This document shows, in pieces, positions 34,690 to 43,571 of a stretch of 64,000 bases of DNA. Under the pieces are notes generated by a model that made no database searches, had not been told where the DNA came from, and saw only the letters and a list, made by a program, of their open reading frames with translations. Source of the DNA: Candidatus Limnocylindrales bacterium (lineage in GTDB: Bacteria > Chloroflexota > Limnocylindria > Limnocylindrales > CSP1-4); contig DASYTK010000040.1 in assembly GCA_036002405.1 (NCBI GenBank), positions 1,299-65,298 on the forward strand, read 5' to 3'. Both the position numbers and the translations under genes were made by a program. Each line of letters begins with the position of its first letter. The first letter of the stretch is position 1.

Positions 34690-36033
34690 TCACTCGGCGG
34701 CGATCCGATCCAGGTAGCTGGCGATGGCCGGCACGCCGAGGAGCCGCCGCTCGAAGTAGTCGTTGACCGCGTCCAGGGCGGCGCTGCGGATGCCTTCGAC
34801 GTCCTCGGCCCTCGCCGTTCGCTCGGCGGCTGCCGAGAGGCTGTCCCGGACGCGCAGGAGATGCTCCACGATCTGCGTCTCGGCGCGGCCCTCGAGCGCC
34901 GAGATCGCCGACATGATCAGCCGATCGGTCTGCGCGACGAGCGTCTCGAGGGCGAAGGCAGAGCCCGGTGCGGCCGCCTCGTCGATCGTCCGGATGAGCG
35001 CCGCGACCTGGTAGAGGACCGTGGCCGGCTCGTCGAACAGCTCGCGGACGTAGGCCGCCTCCTGGTAGCGCCCGGTGAGCCGGAAGACGTTGTACATCCG
35101 CCGCGCGGCCTTGCCGAAGTTGCGCGTCTCGGTGACGTACTTGCGGATCTCGTGCTCGAGCTCGGCGACATACCGGTCGACCGCGTCCCCTTCCAGCTCG
35201 CGCACGATCTTCGTGAAGACCGGGATCGACTCCGCCTCGAGGTAGACCTCCTGGAAGTAGGGATCGATGAAGGTATCGAGCGAGCTGATCGTCCCGTCCG
35301 GCGCCTCCCATGTGACGTCGAGGACGTTCGAGGCATTCGCCAACTGCCCCCGCGCCGGATCGGATACGACCCAGTCCAGCTTGCACCATCCTGGGGTCCG
35401 GGCGGCGTCCTGCCAGGTGATCGACTCGGCCGTCCCGTCCGTACGCTCGACCGCGATCCGGCCCTCGGTCACCTCCTGCGCACTCCAGCTGATCGGTCGG
35501 CCGGCCTTCTGCGGTTCGCCGTTGCGCAGGCAGTCGAAGGGATAGTCGCCGAACTTCACCTCCCAGAGGCGGTAGGTCGGTCCCGACAGCGTGGAGATCG
35601 ACTTCTCCCGAACGACGTCGGCGAGAATCGCGCACGCCTCGTCGCGTGTCGGTGCCCTGACGTTCACCCGCTCGAAGAAATCGCAGTCGCCCGGGAAGGC
35701 CTGGATCCGGCTCTGCGCGGCCGAGCCCGAAAGGGCCAGGGCGGTCTCGACGATCCCGGGCCGGTCGGCCAGCCCGACGATCCGCCCGATCGTCCGGAAA
35801 CGGGCGACGTCGCCGGCCTGGAAGTCGAGCATCGTGACCTTGTGCCCGTAGGTGCCGGACTCGACGTCGAGCACGACCTCGCCCTCGCCTGAGACCTCTG
35901 CCGACATCGCCTCCAGCCAGCGCCGCGCCTCGGCATCGTCGAGCTCGACCCCCATCCGCTCCGCCGATGCCTTGAGAGTGGCGATCGGATCCGGGCCGGA
36001 GGACCCGCCGTCGGCGAGCGGTCGGTCGATCAT
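34690..36033 (-). CDS. Uncharacterised 447-aa protein with pol-beta nucleotidyltransferase-like GS...DxD signature
   Basis: This is the only long ORF that is not a shadow frame here. Residues 100-120 read ALSGSAAQSRIQAFPGDCDFF (nt 35680-35727), with a later acidic strand WCKLDWVVSD. The C-terminal half is helical and A/E/R/L-rich. The start overlaps the upstream stop (ATGA). Confidence 0.7.
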   Translation of the reverse strand: MIDRPLADGGSSGPDPIATLKASAERMGVELDDAEARRWLEAMSAEVSGEGEVVLDVESGTYGHKVTMLDFQAGDVARFRTIGRIVGLADRPGIVETALALSGSAAQSRIQAFPGDCDFFERVNVRAPTRDEACAILADVVREKSISTLSGPTYRLWEVKFGDYPFDCLRNGEPQKAGRPISWSAQEVTEGRIAVERTDGTAESITWQDAARTPGWCKLDWVVSDPARGQLANASNVLDVTWEAPDGTISSLDTFIDPYFQEVYLEAESIPVFTKIVRELEGDAVDRYVAELEHEIRKYVTETRNFGKAARRMYNVFRLTGRYQEAAYVRELFDEPATVLYQVAALIRTIDEAAAPGSAFALETLVAQTDRLIMSAISALEGRAETQIVEHLLRVRDSLSAAAERTARAEDVEGIRSAALDAVNDYFERRLLGVPAIASYLDRIAAE

Positions 36034-36569
36034 CGTCCCGTCAGTCGATCGTGGAGGACCTCCGCGGCGAGGCCCAGCGTCGCCCAGAGCGGCGCGTAGT
36101 CCAGCCGGATCAGACCGGCAACGGCAAGCGGCGACCTGTCGCTGTAATCCCAGGGACAGCGGCCGGTGGAGCGACGAAGGAGCCAGCCACTCGCCGCTTC
36201 GACGGCGAAGATCCCGGTCGCGTACGTCGCGCCCCGGAGGATGGTCGGTCTGTCCCGCAGCCGGTCATGGGCGACCTCGAAGGCCGGCATCGCGAGGCCA
36301 TAGAGGGGCAGCATCCAGGCCGTCGACGGGCCGTGGAGATGGAAACGGCCATCGCGCCGGGCCGTGAGCGCCGTGCTGAAGGCCGACTCGACCGCACAAC
36401 CGACGAGCCCATACGTGAGGAAACGCAGGAGCGGATGCGCGGGCCCTGTCGTTCTTGCGCTGCCAGGCGCGGGCTCTGCCTTTGGTCTCATACGCCCACC
36501 CCTGGAGCGCAAGAGATCGGATGGCGCCGAAATCGACGACGCGGGGGAGCGAGTCGAGGGGCGTTTCAT
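36030..36569 (-). CDS. Small polytopic membrane protein, DUF1113/CmpB-like ('putative ABC-transporter type IV')
   Basis: The hydrophobic core runs LLRFLTYGLVGCAVESAFS...AWMLPLYGLAMPAF...GIFAVEAASGWLL. The C-terminal motif is GRCPWDYSDRSPLAVAGLIRLDYAPLW. The start is uncertain (ATG 36569 or ATG 36491). The track start at 36665 overlaps the aldehyde dehydrogenase gene. Confidence 0.6.
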   Translation of the reverse strand: MKRPSTRSPASSISAPSDLLRSRGGRMRPKAEPAPGSARTTGPAHPLLRFLTYGLVGCAVESAFSTALTARRDGRFHLHGPSTAWMLPLYGLAMPAFEVAHDRLRDRPTILRGATYATGIFAVEAASGWLLRRSTGRCPWDYSDRSPLAVAGLIRLDYAPLWATLGLAAEVLHDRLTGR

Positions 36570-36595
36570 CGCAGGCTGGCCGAGCCGCAGCCGAA

Positions 36596-38134
36596 TCACT
36601 CGGGCTGGTTGTCGATCTGGGCCCGCTGGAGGCGGCCCGAGTAGTCGACGTAGATCGCCTTCCACTCGGTGTACGTGTCGAGTGCGGCATGGCCCGCCTC
36701 GCGATGGCCGTTGCCGGTGCGCTTCATGCCCCCGAACGGAAGGTGCGTCTCGGCTCCGATCGTCCCCGCGTTCACGTAGACGATCCCGGTCTCGAAGTCG
36801 CGCATCGCCCGGAAGGCCGTGTTCGTGTTCGTCGTGTAGATGCTCGACGAGAGGCCGTAGCGAGTCTGGTTCAGCGCCATCGCGGCCTCCTCGTAGCCGG
36901 GCACCCGAATGACCGACAGGACCGGCCCGAAGATCTCTTCCTGGGCCATGCGATCCATCGGCTGGACGTCGTCCACGATCGTCGGCTCGAAGAAGTGGCC
37001 ATGCTCGAGCCCGGCACGATCGGTCGCCCGGCGTCCGCCGCAGGCGATCCGGTTCTCCTCCCCGGCGATCGCGAGATGGCGCTCGACCTTCTCCACTGCC
37101 CCCGCGTTGATCAGGGGCCCGACGTCCGTCGACGGGTCCAGTCCCGCCCCCAGGCGGAGCGCCTGCGCACCCGACTCGAGTCGGCCGACCAGGTCGTCCG
37201 CGATCCGCTCGTGGACGATCAGCCGGCTGCAGGCGGTGCAGCGCTGGCCGGTCGTGCCAAAGGCCGACCAGAGGATGCCCTCGGCGGCCAGGTCGAGGTC
37301 GGCGTCGTCCATGACGACGATCCCGTTCTTCCCGCCCAGCTCGAGTGAGACCCGCTTCAGCCGGCGCGCGGCGAGCTCCGCGATCCGGGTCCCGGTCTCG
37401 GTGTGACCGGTGAAGCTGATGACCGCCACGTCGGGACTGTCGACGAGGGCCATGCCGACCTCATCGCCCGACCCGGTCACGAGGTTGACGACACCGGGCG
37501 GGAACCCGGACTCCGCGAGGAGCTCGACGAGGAGGACCGCGCAGTGCGGCGTGTCGGAAGCGGGCTTGAGGACGACGGTGTTCCCGCTGATGAGCGCCGG
37601 CATAAGCTTCCAGCAGGGGATCGCGACGGGGAAGTTCCAGGGCGTGATCAGCCCGGCCACGCCGATCGGCTCGCGGATGCTCATCGCCCACTTGTTCGGC
37701 AGCTCGGAGGGGACGGTGTCCCCGAAGAGCCGCCTCCCCTCCCCGGCCATGAGGTACGCGATGTCGATCCCCTCCTGGACGTCACCGCGGCCCTCGGGAA
37801 GGATCTTGCCCATCTCGCGGGTCATCTCGCGGGCCACTCGCTCCTTGTGCTCGGCGAGGAGAGCGGCGAAGCGGTACATGATCTCGCCCCGCTTCGGGGC
37901 CGGGGTCGCACGCCAACCCGGGAAGGCCATCCCCGCGGCCCGGATCGCGGCGGCGACGTCGGCCGCGCTCGACAGCGCGAACTGGCCGATCACCTCGCGA
38001 GTGTCGGCCGGGTTGACCGAGGCGAACCGCCGCCCGGTGACCGAGGGCATCCATTCGCCGCCGATGAAGTTGCCGTGGCTGGGCGCGGCGTCTGCGCCCT
38101 GCCGCTCGGGCGCTTCCTCGATCGTCGTCGCCAT
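36596..38134 (-). CDS. NAD(P)-dependent aldehyde dehydrogenase
   Basis: 512 aa. It carries [14 protein letters not shown] and the catalytic Cys context [10 protein letters not shown]. Confidence 0.9.
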   Translation of the reverse strand: MATTIEEAPERQGADAAPSHGNFIGGEWMPSVTGRRFASVNPADTREVIGQFALSSAADVAAAIRAAGMAFPGWRATPAPKRGEIMYRFAALLAEHKERVAREMTREMGKILPEGRGDVQEGIDIAYLMAGEGRRLFGDTVPSELPNKWAMSIREPIGVAGLITPWNFPVAIPCWKLMPALISGNTVVLKPASDTPHCAVLLVELLAESGFPPGVVNLVTGSGDEVGMALVDSPDVAVISFTGHTETGTRIAELAARRLKRVSLELGGKNGIVVMDDADLDLAAEGILWSAFGTTGQRCTACSRLIVHERIADDLVGRLESGAQALRLGAGLDPSTDVGPLINAGAVEKVERHLAIAGEENRIACGGRRATDRAGLEHGHFFEPTIVDDVQPMDRMAQEEIFGPVLSVIRVPGYEEAAMALNQTRYGLSSSIYTTNTNTAFRAMRDFETGIVYVNAGTIGAETHLPFGGMKRTGNGHREAGHAALDTYTEWKAIYVDYSGRLQRAQIDNQPE

Positions 38135-38259
38135 CGAGCTTCTGCCTCCTGCCCCGTCGGGACGATGTATGTGTACACCATCGCCTCACCTGGGGGGCGG
38201 GTCTCCCCAGCTATCGTCAGGACGTGTGTAAATAGCCGGCTCTGGGCCCGCGAGGGCAA

Positions 38260-39700
38260 AGGAGAACGGCGTACCCTTCCGAGGTCGTTGAAGCCAACAG
38301 AAGGAGCACGCCGCCGATGGAAACCTACCATGCCCTGACCCCGGTCGCCCAGCCCGAGCCGCCTTCCGACGGCACGGCCGATGCGCTGGCCATCGCCTCG
38401 GTTCAGCCGCCTGCCCTGGACACCGACGCCGAGCCCGAACCGAGCGAGCCGCCGGCTGCGATCGTCAACACCACCATCGAGGAGCTGGCCCGCGAGGGCG
38501 CCAGACGCATGCTGGAGCGGGCTCTGGCGGTCGAGGTCGACGAGTTCCTGGGCCGTCCCCGCTACGAGCGTCGCATGCTGGCCGAGCATGGGTACCGCAA
38601 CGGCTACGGCCGCCCGCGACCGGTGGCCATCGGCACCTGGCCGGTCGAGGTCCGCGCGCCGCGCATCCGCGACCTGCCAGACGAGACGCCACCGTTCCAC
38701 AGCGCCATCCTGCCGCGGCGACGGATGCTGTCGGCCGAGACGCAGCGCCTGTTCGCGCGGCTGTACCTGGAGGGTCTGTCGAGCGGAGACTTCGAGCCCG
38801 CTTTCCGCGAGTTGCTGGGCGAGTACGCCACCCTGTCGAGTTCGACCATCCTCAGGCTCAAGGAGGAGTGGTCATCGGAGTACGCCGCCTGGCGGGTGCG
38901 ACCACTGAAGGCCGGGTACGCGTATATCTGGGCGGACGGGATCTACCTCGGCGCCGGGCTCGAGCCCGAGAACTCGTGCCTGCTGGTCGTCGTCGGCGCC
39001 CGCGAGGACGGCCGCAAGGAGCTGCTGGCCATGGAGCTCGGCTACCGCGAGAGCACCCAGTCGTGGGCTGGTGTACTGCGCGGCCTGAAGGCACGCGGCC
39101 TCGAGGCGCCGCTGCTGGCCTGTGGCGACGGCGCGCTCGGGCTGTGGGCCGCGCTCGACGAGGTGTACCCGGGCACCCGTCACCAGCGCTGCTGGAACCA
39201 TCGCGTGCTGAACATCTTGGACAAGGTCCCAAAACGGCTGTGGCCCGACATCCGCCGTCGGCTGCGTGACGTGTGGAGCGCCGAGAGCCGGGCCGAGTGC
39301 GAGCTGCGACGCGACGGGCTGCTGCGCTGGCTGGAGGCCCACGGTCAGCTGGCCGCGGCCGACACGGTGCGCCGCGACTGGGACGACTTTGCCACCTTCT
39401 ACGACTTCCCGGCCGAGCACTGGATCCACCTGCGCACGAGTAACCCCGTTGAGTCGCTGTTTGCCGGCGTGCGGCTGCGCACCGACGTCGCCAAGCGCAT
39501 GCGGCGCCGCGAGAATGCCCTCTACCTCGTATTCAAGATCGCCCAGCGCCTGGAGCACTCCTGGCGCCCACTCAACGGCGGGCTCACGATCATGACCCTG
39601 CTGCTCGGTGGTGCCCGGTTCGTCGATGGGGTCTACGTCCCAGAGGTGAAGGAGACGTCAGCCGCCTGAGCGCGGTCGGAGGCCAGCGGCGGAAGGAGCA
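38260..39700 (+). mobile_element. IS256-family insertion sequence (ends approximate)
   Basis: The transposase fills the space between the aldehyde dehydrogenase promoter region and the RBS of the hydrolase gene. I could not identify convincing terminal inverted repeats or target duplications by eye, so the boundaries are guesses. Confidence 0.35.
38317..39669 (+). CDS. IS256-family (mutator-type) transposase
   Basis: 450 aa. WADGIYL..., CLLVVVGAREDGRKELLA..., QRCWNHRVLNILDKVPK... and ...RTSNPVESLFA are hallmark IS256/Mutator DDE segments. Confidence 0.9.
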   Translation: METYHALTPVAQPEPPSDGTADALAIASVQPPALDTDAEPEPSEPPAAIVNTTIEELAREGARRMLERALAVEVDEFLGRPRYERRMLAEHGYRNGYGRPRPVAIGTWPVEVRAPRIRDLPDETPPFHSAILPRRRMLSAETQRLFARLYLEGLSSGDFEPAFRELLGEYATLSSSTILRLKEEWSSEYAAWRVRPLKAGYAYIWADGIYLGAGLEPENSCLLVVVGAREDGRKELLAMELGYRESTQSWAGVLRGLKARGLEAPLLACGDGALGLWAALDEVYPGTRHQRCWNHRVLNILDKVPKRLWPDIRRRLRDVWSAESRAECELRRDGLLRWLEAHGQLAAADTVRRDWDDFATFYDFPAEHWIHLRTSNPVESLFAGVRLRTDVAKRMRRRENALYLVFKIAQRLEHSWRPLNGGLTIMTLLLGGARFVDGVYVPEVKETSAA

Positions 39701-39704
39701 GCGA

Positions 39705-40585
39705 ATGCAGATCGAGGTGAACGGGACACGGTTGTGGTTCGACGTCGACGGGCCGGCGCTCGTGCCCGACGGCGACCACATGCGCGAACGGCCGACGCTC
39801 GTCCTCGTGCACGGCGGACCCGGTGGCTACGACCACTCCTACTTCAAGCCTCACTTCGCACGCCTGACCGGCGAGGCGCAGGTGGTCTATCTCGACCTCC
39901 GCGACCACGGCCGGTCCGCCCGCACGACCCGGCTGACTGGAGCTTCGAGGTGTGCGCCGATGACCTGCGCGCCTTCTGCGACGCCGTCGGCATCGTCCGG
40001 CCAACCGTCCTCGGCCACTCCATGGGCGGCTGGATCGTTCTGCTCTATGGCGCGCGCCACCCCGGCCACGCCGGAGGCTTGATCCTGCAGTCCACGATGG
40101 CCCGATTCGACCTCGAGCGCCTGGTCGACGGCTTCCGTCGCCGCGGCGGCGAGGAGGTGGCCGAACTCGCCAAGCGCGACTTCGGCGGCGATCCAATCAC
40201 CGTCGAGGAGTGGGCGCGGGTCTTCGCCGTCTTCGGGCCACATGTTCCAAGCACTGCGGAGCTGGCACGCAGGGTCCGCAACCCCGACGTCGGCCCGCCG
40301 GGCATGGAGCTGCTTCGCCGGCTGGACGTGGTTGACCAGCTGGCCCGCATCACCTGCCCGACGCTGATCTGCGTGGGCGAGCTCGATCCTGTCACCCCGG
40401 TGGCCGCCTCGCGAGAGATCGTCGATGCGCTGCCGCCTCAGGTCGGGCGGTTCGAGGTGATCGAACGGGCCGGTCACTTCCCGTGGTTGGACCGCCCCGA
40501 TCGATACTGGTCGCTCATCACCGCGTTCGTGACGGCGGCGACAGTGCGACGGGGCGCCACCGAGACGCCGAGCGCAACCGCTTGA
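39705..40585 (+). pseudogene. Alpha/beta-fold hydrolase interrupted by a 1-nt frameshift
   Basis: The N-terminal part is in frame 0 (ORF 39705: ...LVLVHGGPGGYDHSYF...VVYLDLRDHGRSA). The rest is in frame 2 (ORF 39734: ...HDPADWSFEVCADDL...LGHSMGGWIVL...GHFPWLD). The frames switch within 39909-39930 (GGCCGGTCCGCCCGCACGACCC). Confidence 0.7.
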
Positions 40586-40663
40586 AGGAGTTCACACCAC
40601 CAGAGGAAGCGGAAAGAATTTCCACACAACTTGACGAGAGCTCTCCCCCAGCCCGACCTTCGT

Positions 40664-40987
40664 CTACAACGCTGCTCGCCGGAGCGTGACCCGAACCAGG
40701 ACCGGGACACCGCCGATCACGAAGAACTGCTGCTCCGCTGGCTCGAAGCCCCGGGCGCTGACCCGCACGCGGTAGCTCCCGGGGACGAGCTCACGTTCAT
40801 CCTGGCCGGACGCGTCGGTCAAGGCCGGAGGTGGACCCTTGGGCGCCCCATCGACCCGGTCGATGACGACAGCGGCGTGGGCGATCGGCCGGCCGGCGTC
40901 GTCCACGACCTCCACCCGGACCATCGAGTCGATCCCGCAGGCGAGGACGAGGATGGTCGCCAGGTACAGGGGGAGGACGCGGGTCAA
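40664..40987 (-). CDS. Small lipoprotein with carboxypeptidase-regulatory-like (CarboxypepD_reg) beta-sandwich domain
   Basis: Lipobox-like ILVLAC-G. The core VEVVDDAGRPIAHAAVVI...TDASGQDERELVPGSYRVRVSARGFEP is typical of that fold. It has a 4-nt overlap with the upstream MFS gene. Confidence 0.6.
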   Translation of the reverse strand: MTRVLPLYLATILVLACGIDSMVRVEVVDDAGRPIAHAAVVIDRVDGAPKGPPPALTDASGQDERELVPGSYRVRVSARGFEPAEQQFFVIGGVPVLVRVTLRRAAL

Positions 40988-42282
40988 TCGAGCGGCTCCT
41001 CCGCCCGCATCCAGGCGTGATCGGGCGCGGCGAGCACCTCGTGCTCAACGGAGCGCAGCCGGCGGAGCGGCACGAGCGCGCCCCCCAACAGGACCAACGT
41101 CCCGATCAACAGCCCGTCGATCCCGCGCCACTCGGCGGCGACACCGCCGAGGAAGCTCCCGCCGATCTGGCCCAGGGCCAGGAAGACGCTGTAGAGGCCC
41201 ATGATCGCCCCGCGGTCCGTGGGATAGCTCTCCGAGATGTCGGCCAGGAGGCCCACCGCGGCAGGGGTGGCTCCCGCAAGGACGAACAACCCGAACGCGG
41301 CCGCCAGCCCGGCCGCAAGCGGGACGACGACCGGCGCGCCAGTGGAGTGGTTCACCACGAGCGCGGCGGCACCCAGCGCTGCACCGCCGAGGATCCCGTA
41401 GAAGATGATCGTCGTCCGTCGCAGCGTCCTGAACCGGTCGCCCCAGTAGACCAGGCCCGCCATGAAGACGACGCCGATGACCGCGGCGCCCACACTGATG
41501 AGCGTCAGGCTGAAGCCCTGGTGGAGGAGCTGTTCGGGGAAGCGCGGGTCGGCCCGGGCGAACTGGAAGACCGATTGGCTGAACCAGAGCCCGATCGCCG
41601 CGTTGATCGCGATCCATGTCGGTGCCAGCAGCCAGACATGTGAGCTCGTCACCAGCTCGAGATACCGGCCCAGGCCGTAGTGGCGGGCGCTCGGTGTCGC
41701 CGCCAGCTCGGTCGGGCTGGGATCCGCCACGCCGAAGCGGTAGATGGCCAGCGACACCGCGTAGATGCCCGCGTTCAGCAGGAACGCCAGCGGGCCGATC
41801 GCCTGGTAGAGCAGCGGTCCCACGACGAAGCCCATCCCGAGGCCGGCCAGGGTGGCCGCCTCGAACCGCGCCGAGGCACGCCCGCGCAGCGCCTCGTCGT
41901 ACGCGGTCGCCAGGGCGAGATAACCGAGGATCGACGGGACGCTGGCCGCCGTCGACGCTCCCTCGAGCCAGCGCGTCCCACCCAGCACGGCGAGGTTGGT
42001 CGTGAGGTAGGTGAGGACGACGGCGACCCCGCCGAAGATCGGGCCGAGCTGCATCACCCGGTGGTGGCCCCAGCGGTCGGACAGGATGCCGAAGAACGGC
42101 GAAAGGACGAGTTCAGCCACGTAGAAGGTGGCGTGGAAGAGGGCCACGACGATCGCGCCTACCTCGGGCCCGCCATGGCCGGGCAGGTCGCCCAGGTAGA
42201 TGGCCAGCAACACCCCCGTCAGGCCGGTCGAGAAGCGGAGCGTGAAGGTCCCGACGATGACGGCCCACAGCGAGCGATCCAC
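40984..42282 (-). CDS. MFS transporter
   Basis: 432 aa and polytopic. It carries the motif GILSDRWGHHRVMQLGP. Confidence 0.8.
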   Translation of the reverse strand: MDRSLWAVIVGTFTLRFSTGLTGVLLAIYLGDLPGHGGPEVGAIVVALFHATFYVAELVLSPFFGILSDRWGHHRVMQLGPIFGGVAVVLTYLTTNLAVLGGTRWLEGASTAASVPSILGYLALATAYDEALRGRASARFEAATLAGLGMGFVVGPLLYQAIGPLAFLLNAGIYAVSLAIYRFGVADPSPTELAATPSARHYGLGRYLELVTSSHVWLLAPTWIAINAAIGLWFSQSVFQFARADPRFPEQLLHQGFSLTLISVGAAVIGVVFMAGLVYWGDRFRTLRRTTIIFYGILGGAALGAAALVVNHSTGAPVVVPLAAGLAAAFGLFVLAGATPAAVGLLADISESYPTDRGAIMGLYSVFLALGQIGGSFLGGVAAEWRGIDGLLIGTLVLLGGALVPLRRLRSVEHEVLAAPDHAWMRAEEPLD

Positions 42283-42291
42283 GCCGGAGCC

Positions 42292-43527
42292 TCAGCCGGC
42301 CGCGCGGCCCTCGAACGTGGCCGTTCCGTAGGCGACGCCGAGGCCGATGACGGCGACGAGGAGGAGGATCGCGATCAGGCTGACGAGGAGCTCGGTCGTC
42401 GGAGCGAAGCGCGACTCGGGACCGCCGCCGGGCGCTGACCGCGCGCCACCGGGCCGGGTGTTCTGCCAGAGGCGCGAGCTCGTGGGCATGCCCCGCGGCC
42501 GGATCGCGAGACCGAGCCAGGCGCCGGCCACCAGACCGCCGATGTGCGCGGCGTTGTCGATGAACCTTCCCAGCCCGAAGCCGAGCGCGAGGTTGAAGAC
42601 GATGAGGATCCCGATCTGGCTGGCCAGGCCACGCACGTTGCGCAGCGCCTGCGGCCGATGGACGCGCAGAGCCACGAAGAGGCAACCGAACAGGCCAAAG
42701 ATCGCCCCGCTCGCGCCGACCGAGTCGTTCGGGGTGAAGACGTAGCTCGCGGTCGAGCCCGCCGCCGCCGCAAGCACGTAGATCGCCAGGTACGCCGCCC
42801 TCCCGTACAGGCCTTCGACCCATGGCCCGACGAGGTAGAGCGCATACATGTTGCCGGCGAGGTGAAGGACGAAGCTGGGACTGTGAACGAGGACGACGCT
42901 CACCAGGCGGTAGAGCTCCCCCTGGGCGACGGCCGCCTTGTCGAGCGCGAAGAGCGACAGGAACAGCGAGCCGTCGGGTGACAGGATCTCGGTCAGCCCG
43001 ATGCCCACGGTGAGCGCGATGATCGACCACGTGACGAGTGGCGCCGCGAGGCCGCCGGCACGGGCGCGGGCGAAGTACCCGCTCGCCGCGCGCCGGTCGC
43101 CGCTCTCCTTCGCCAGCCACCCCAGCCGCGCGGCGATCTCAGCGCGCTCGGAGAGCGGTGCCCGCCGTTCCGCCTCGCGATAGGCCCGCATCGCGCCGAC
43201 GAGGTTCCCCTCCCGGACACGAGCGCCGGCGAGTTGCTTCCAGGCCAGCCAGCTCAGGGGCGTCTCGGGCGCCTGCGCGGCTGCGATCCAGGCCTGGAGA
43301 GCGCCCGGCTCGTCGTCCAGTCGATAGCGAGCCTCCGCCAGCCCGAGGAGGGCGGCGACGTGGATGTCGGCGTCACCATGACCGATCACCCGGCTGTAGC
43401 GTCGGGCGGCCTCGGCGTACTCGCCCTGCGCCGCGAGTGCATCGCCTTCCTCGACGAGGCGGATCGCCGTCGACCGGTCGAGGCGGCCGGCCGACGGCAG
43501 GTCGTGATCAGCGGTGGCGCCGGACAC
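42292..43527 (-). CDS. Rhomboid-family intramembrane serine protease with N-terminal TPR-like domain
   Basis: It carries the catalytic motifs GASGAIFGLFG and HIGGLVAGAWLG, with HLAGNMYALY upstream. The N-terminal 160 aa are helical repeats (AEAARRYSRVIG..., AMRAYREAERRAP...). Confidence 0.85.
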   Translation of the reverse strand: MSGATADHDLPSAGRLDRSTAIRLVEEGDALAAQGEYAEAARRYSRVIGHGDADIHVAALLGLAEARYRLDDEPGALQAWIAAAQAPETPLSWLAWKQLAGARVREGNLVGAMRAYREAERRAPLSERAEIAARLGWLAKESGDRRAASGYFARARAGGLAAPLVTWSIIALTVGIGLTEILSPDGSLFLSLFALDKAAVAQGELYRLVSVVLVHSPSFVLHLAGNMYALYLVGPWVEGLYGRAAYLAIYVLAAAAGSTASYVFTPNDSVGASGAIFGLFGCLFVALRVHRPQALRNVRGLASQIGILIVFNLALGFGLGRFIDNAAHIGGLVAGAWLGLAIRPRGMPTSSRLWQNTRPGGARSAPGGGPESRFAPTTELLVSLIAILLLVAVIGLGVAYGTATFEGRAAG

Positions 43528-43571
43528 TCCGGCCGAGTCTAGCAGCGCGAGCCTGGCCGCCCGGGACCGGC

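Noticed and set aside
29746-36665. tRNA-Lys- or tRNA-Arg-associated genomic island or prophage
   Set aside because: There is no integrase, excisionase, phage structural gene or direct repeat of a tRNA 3' end next to either tRNA. The ABC ATPase gene actually overlaps tRNA-Lys, arguing for a native arrangement.
36455-38338. Plus-strand ORFs 36455..37348, 36909..37406, 37403..38338 and 37410..38231
   Set aside because: All are antisense to the well-supported aldehyde dehydrogenase gene and have shadow-frame composition.
38135-39704. Terminal inverted repeats and target-site duplication of the IS256-family element
   Set aside because: Comparing the left flank with the reverse complement of the right flank gave only a short CCTTCCG match with poor extension. 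I cannot define the ends without an alignment tool, so the boundaries are left approximate.
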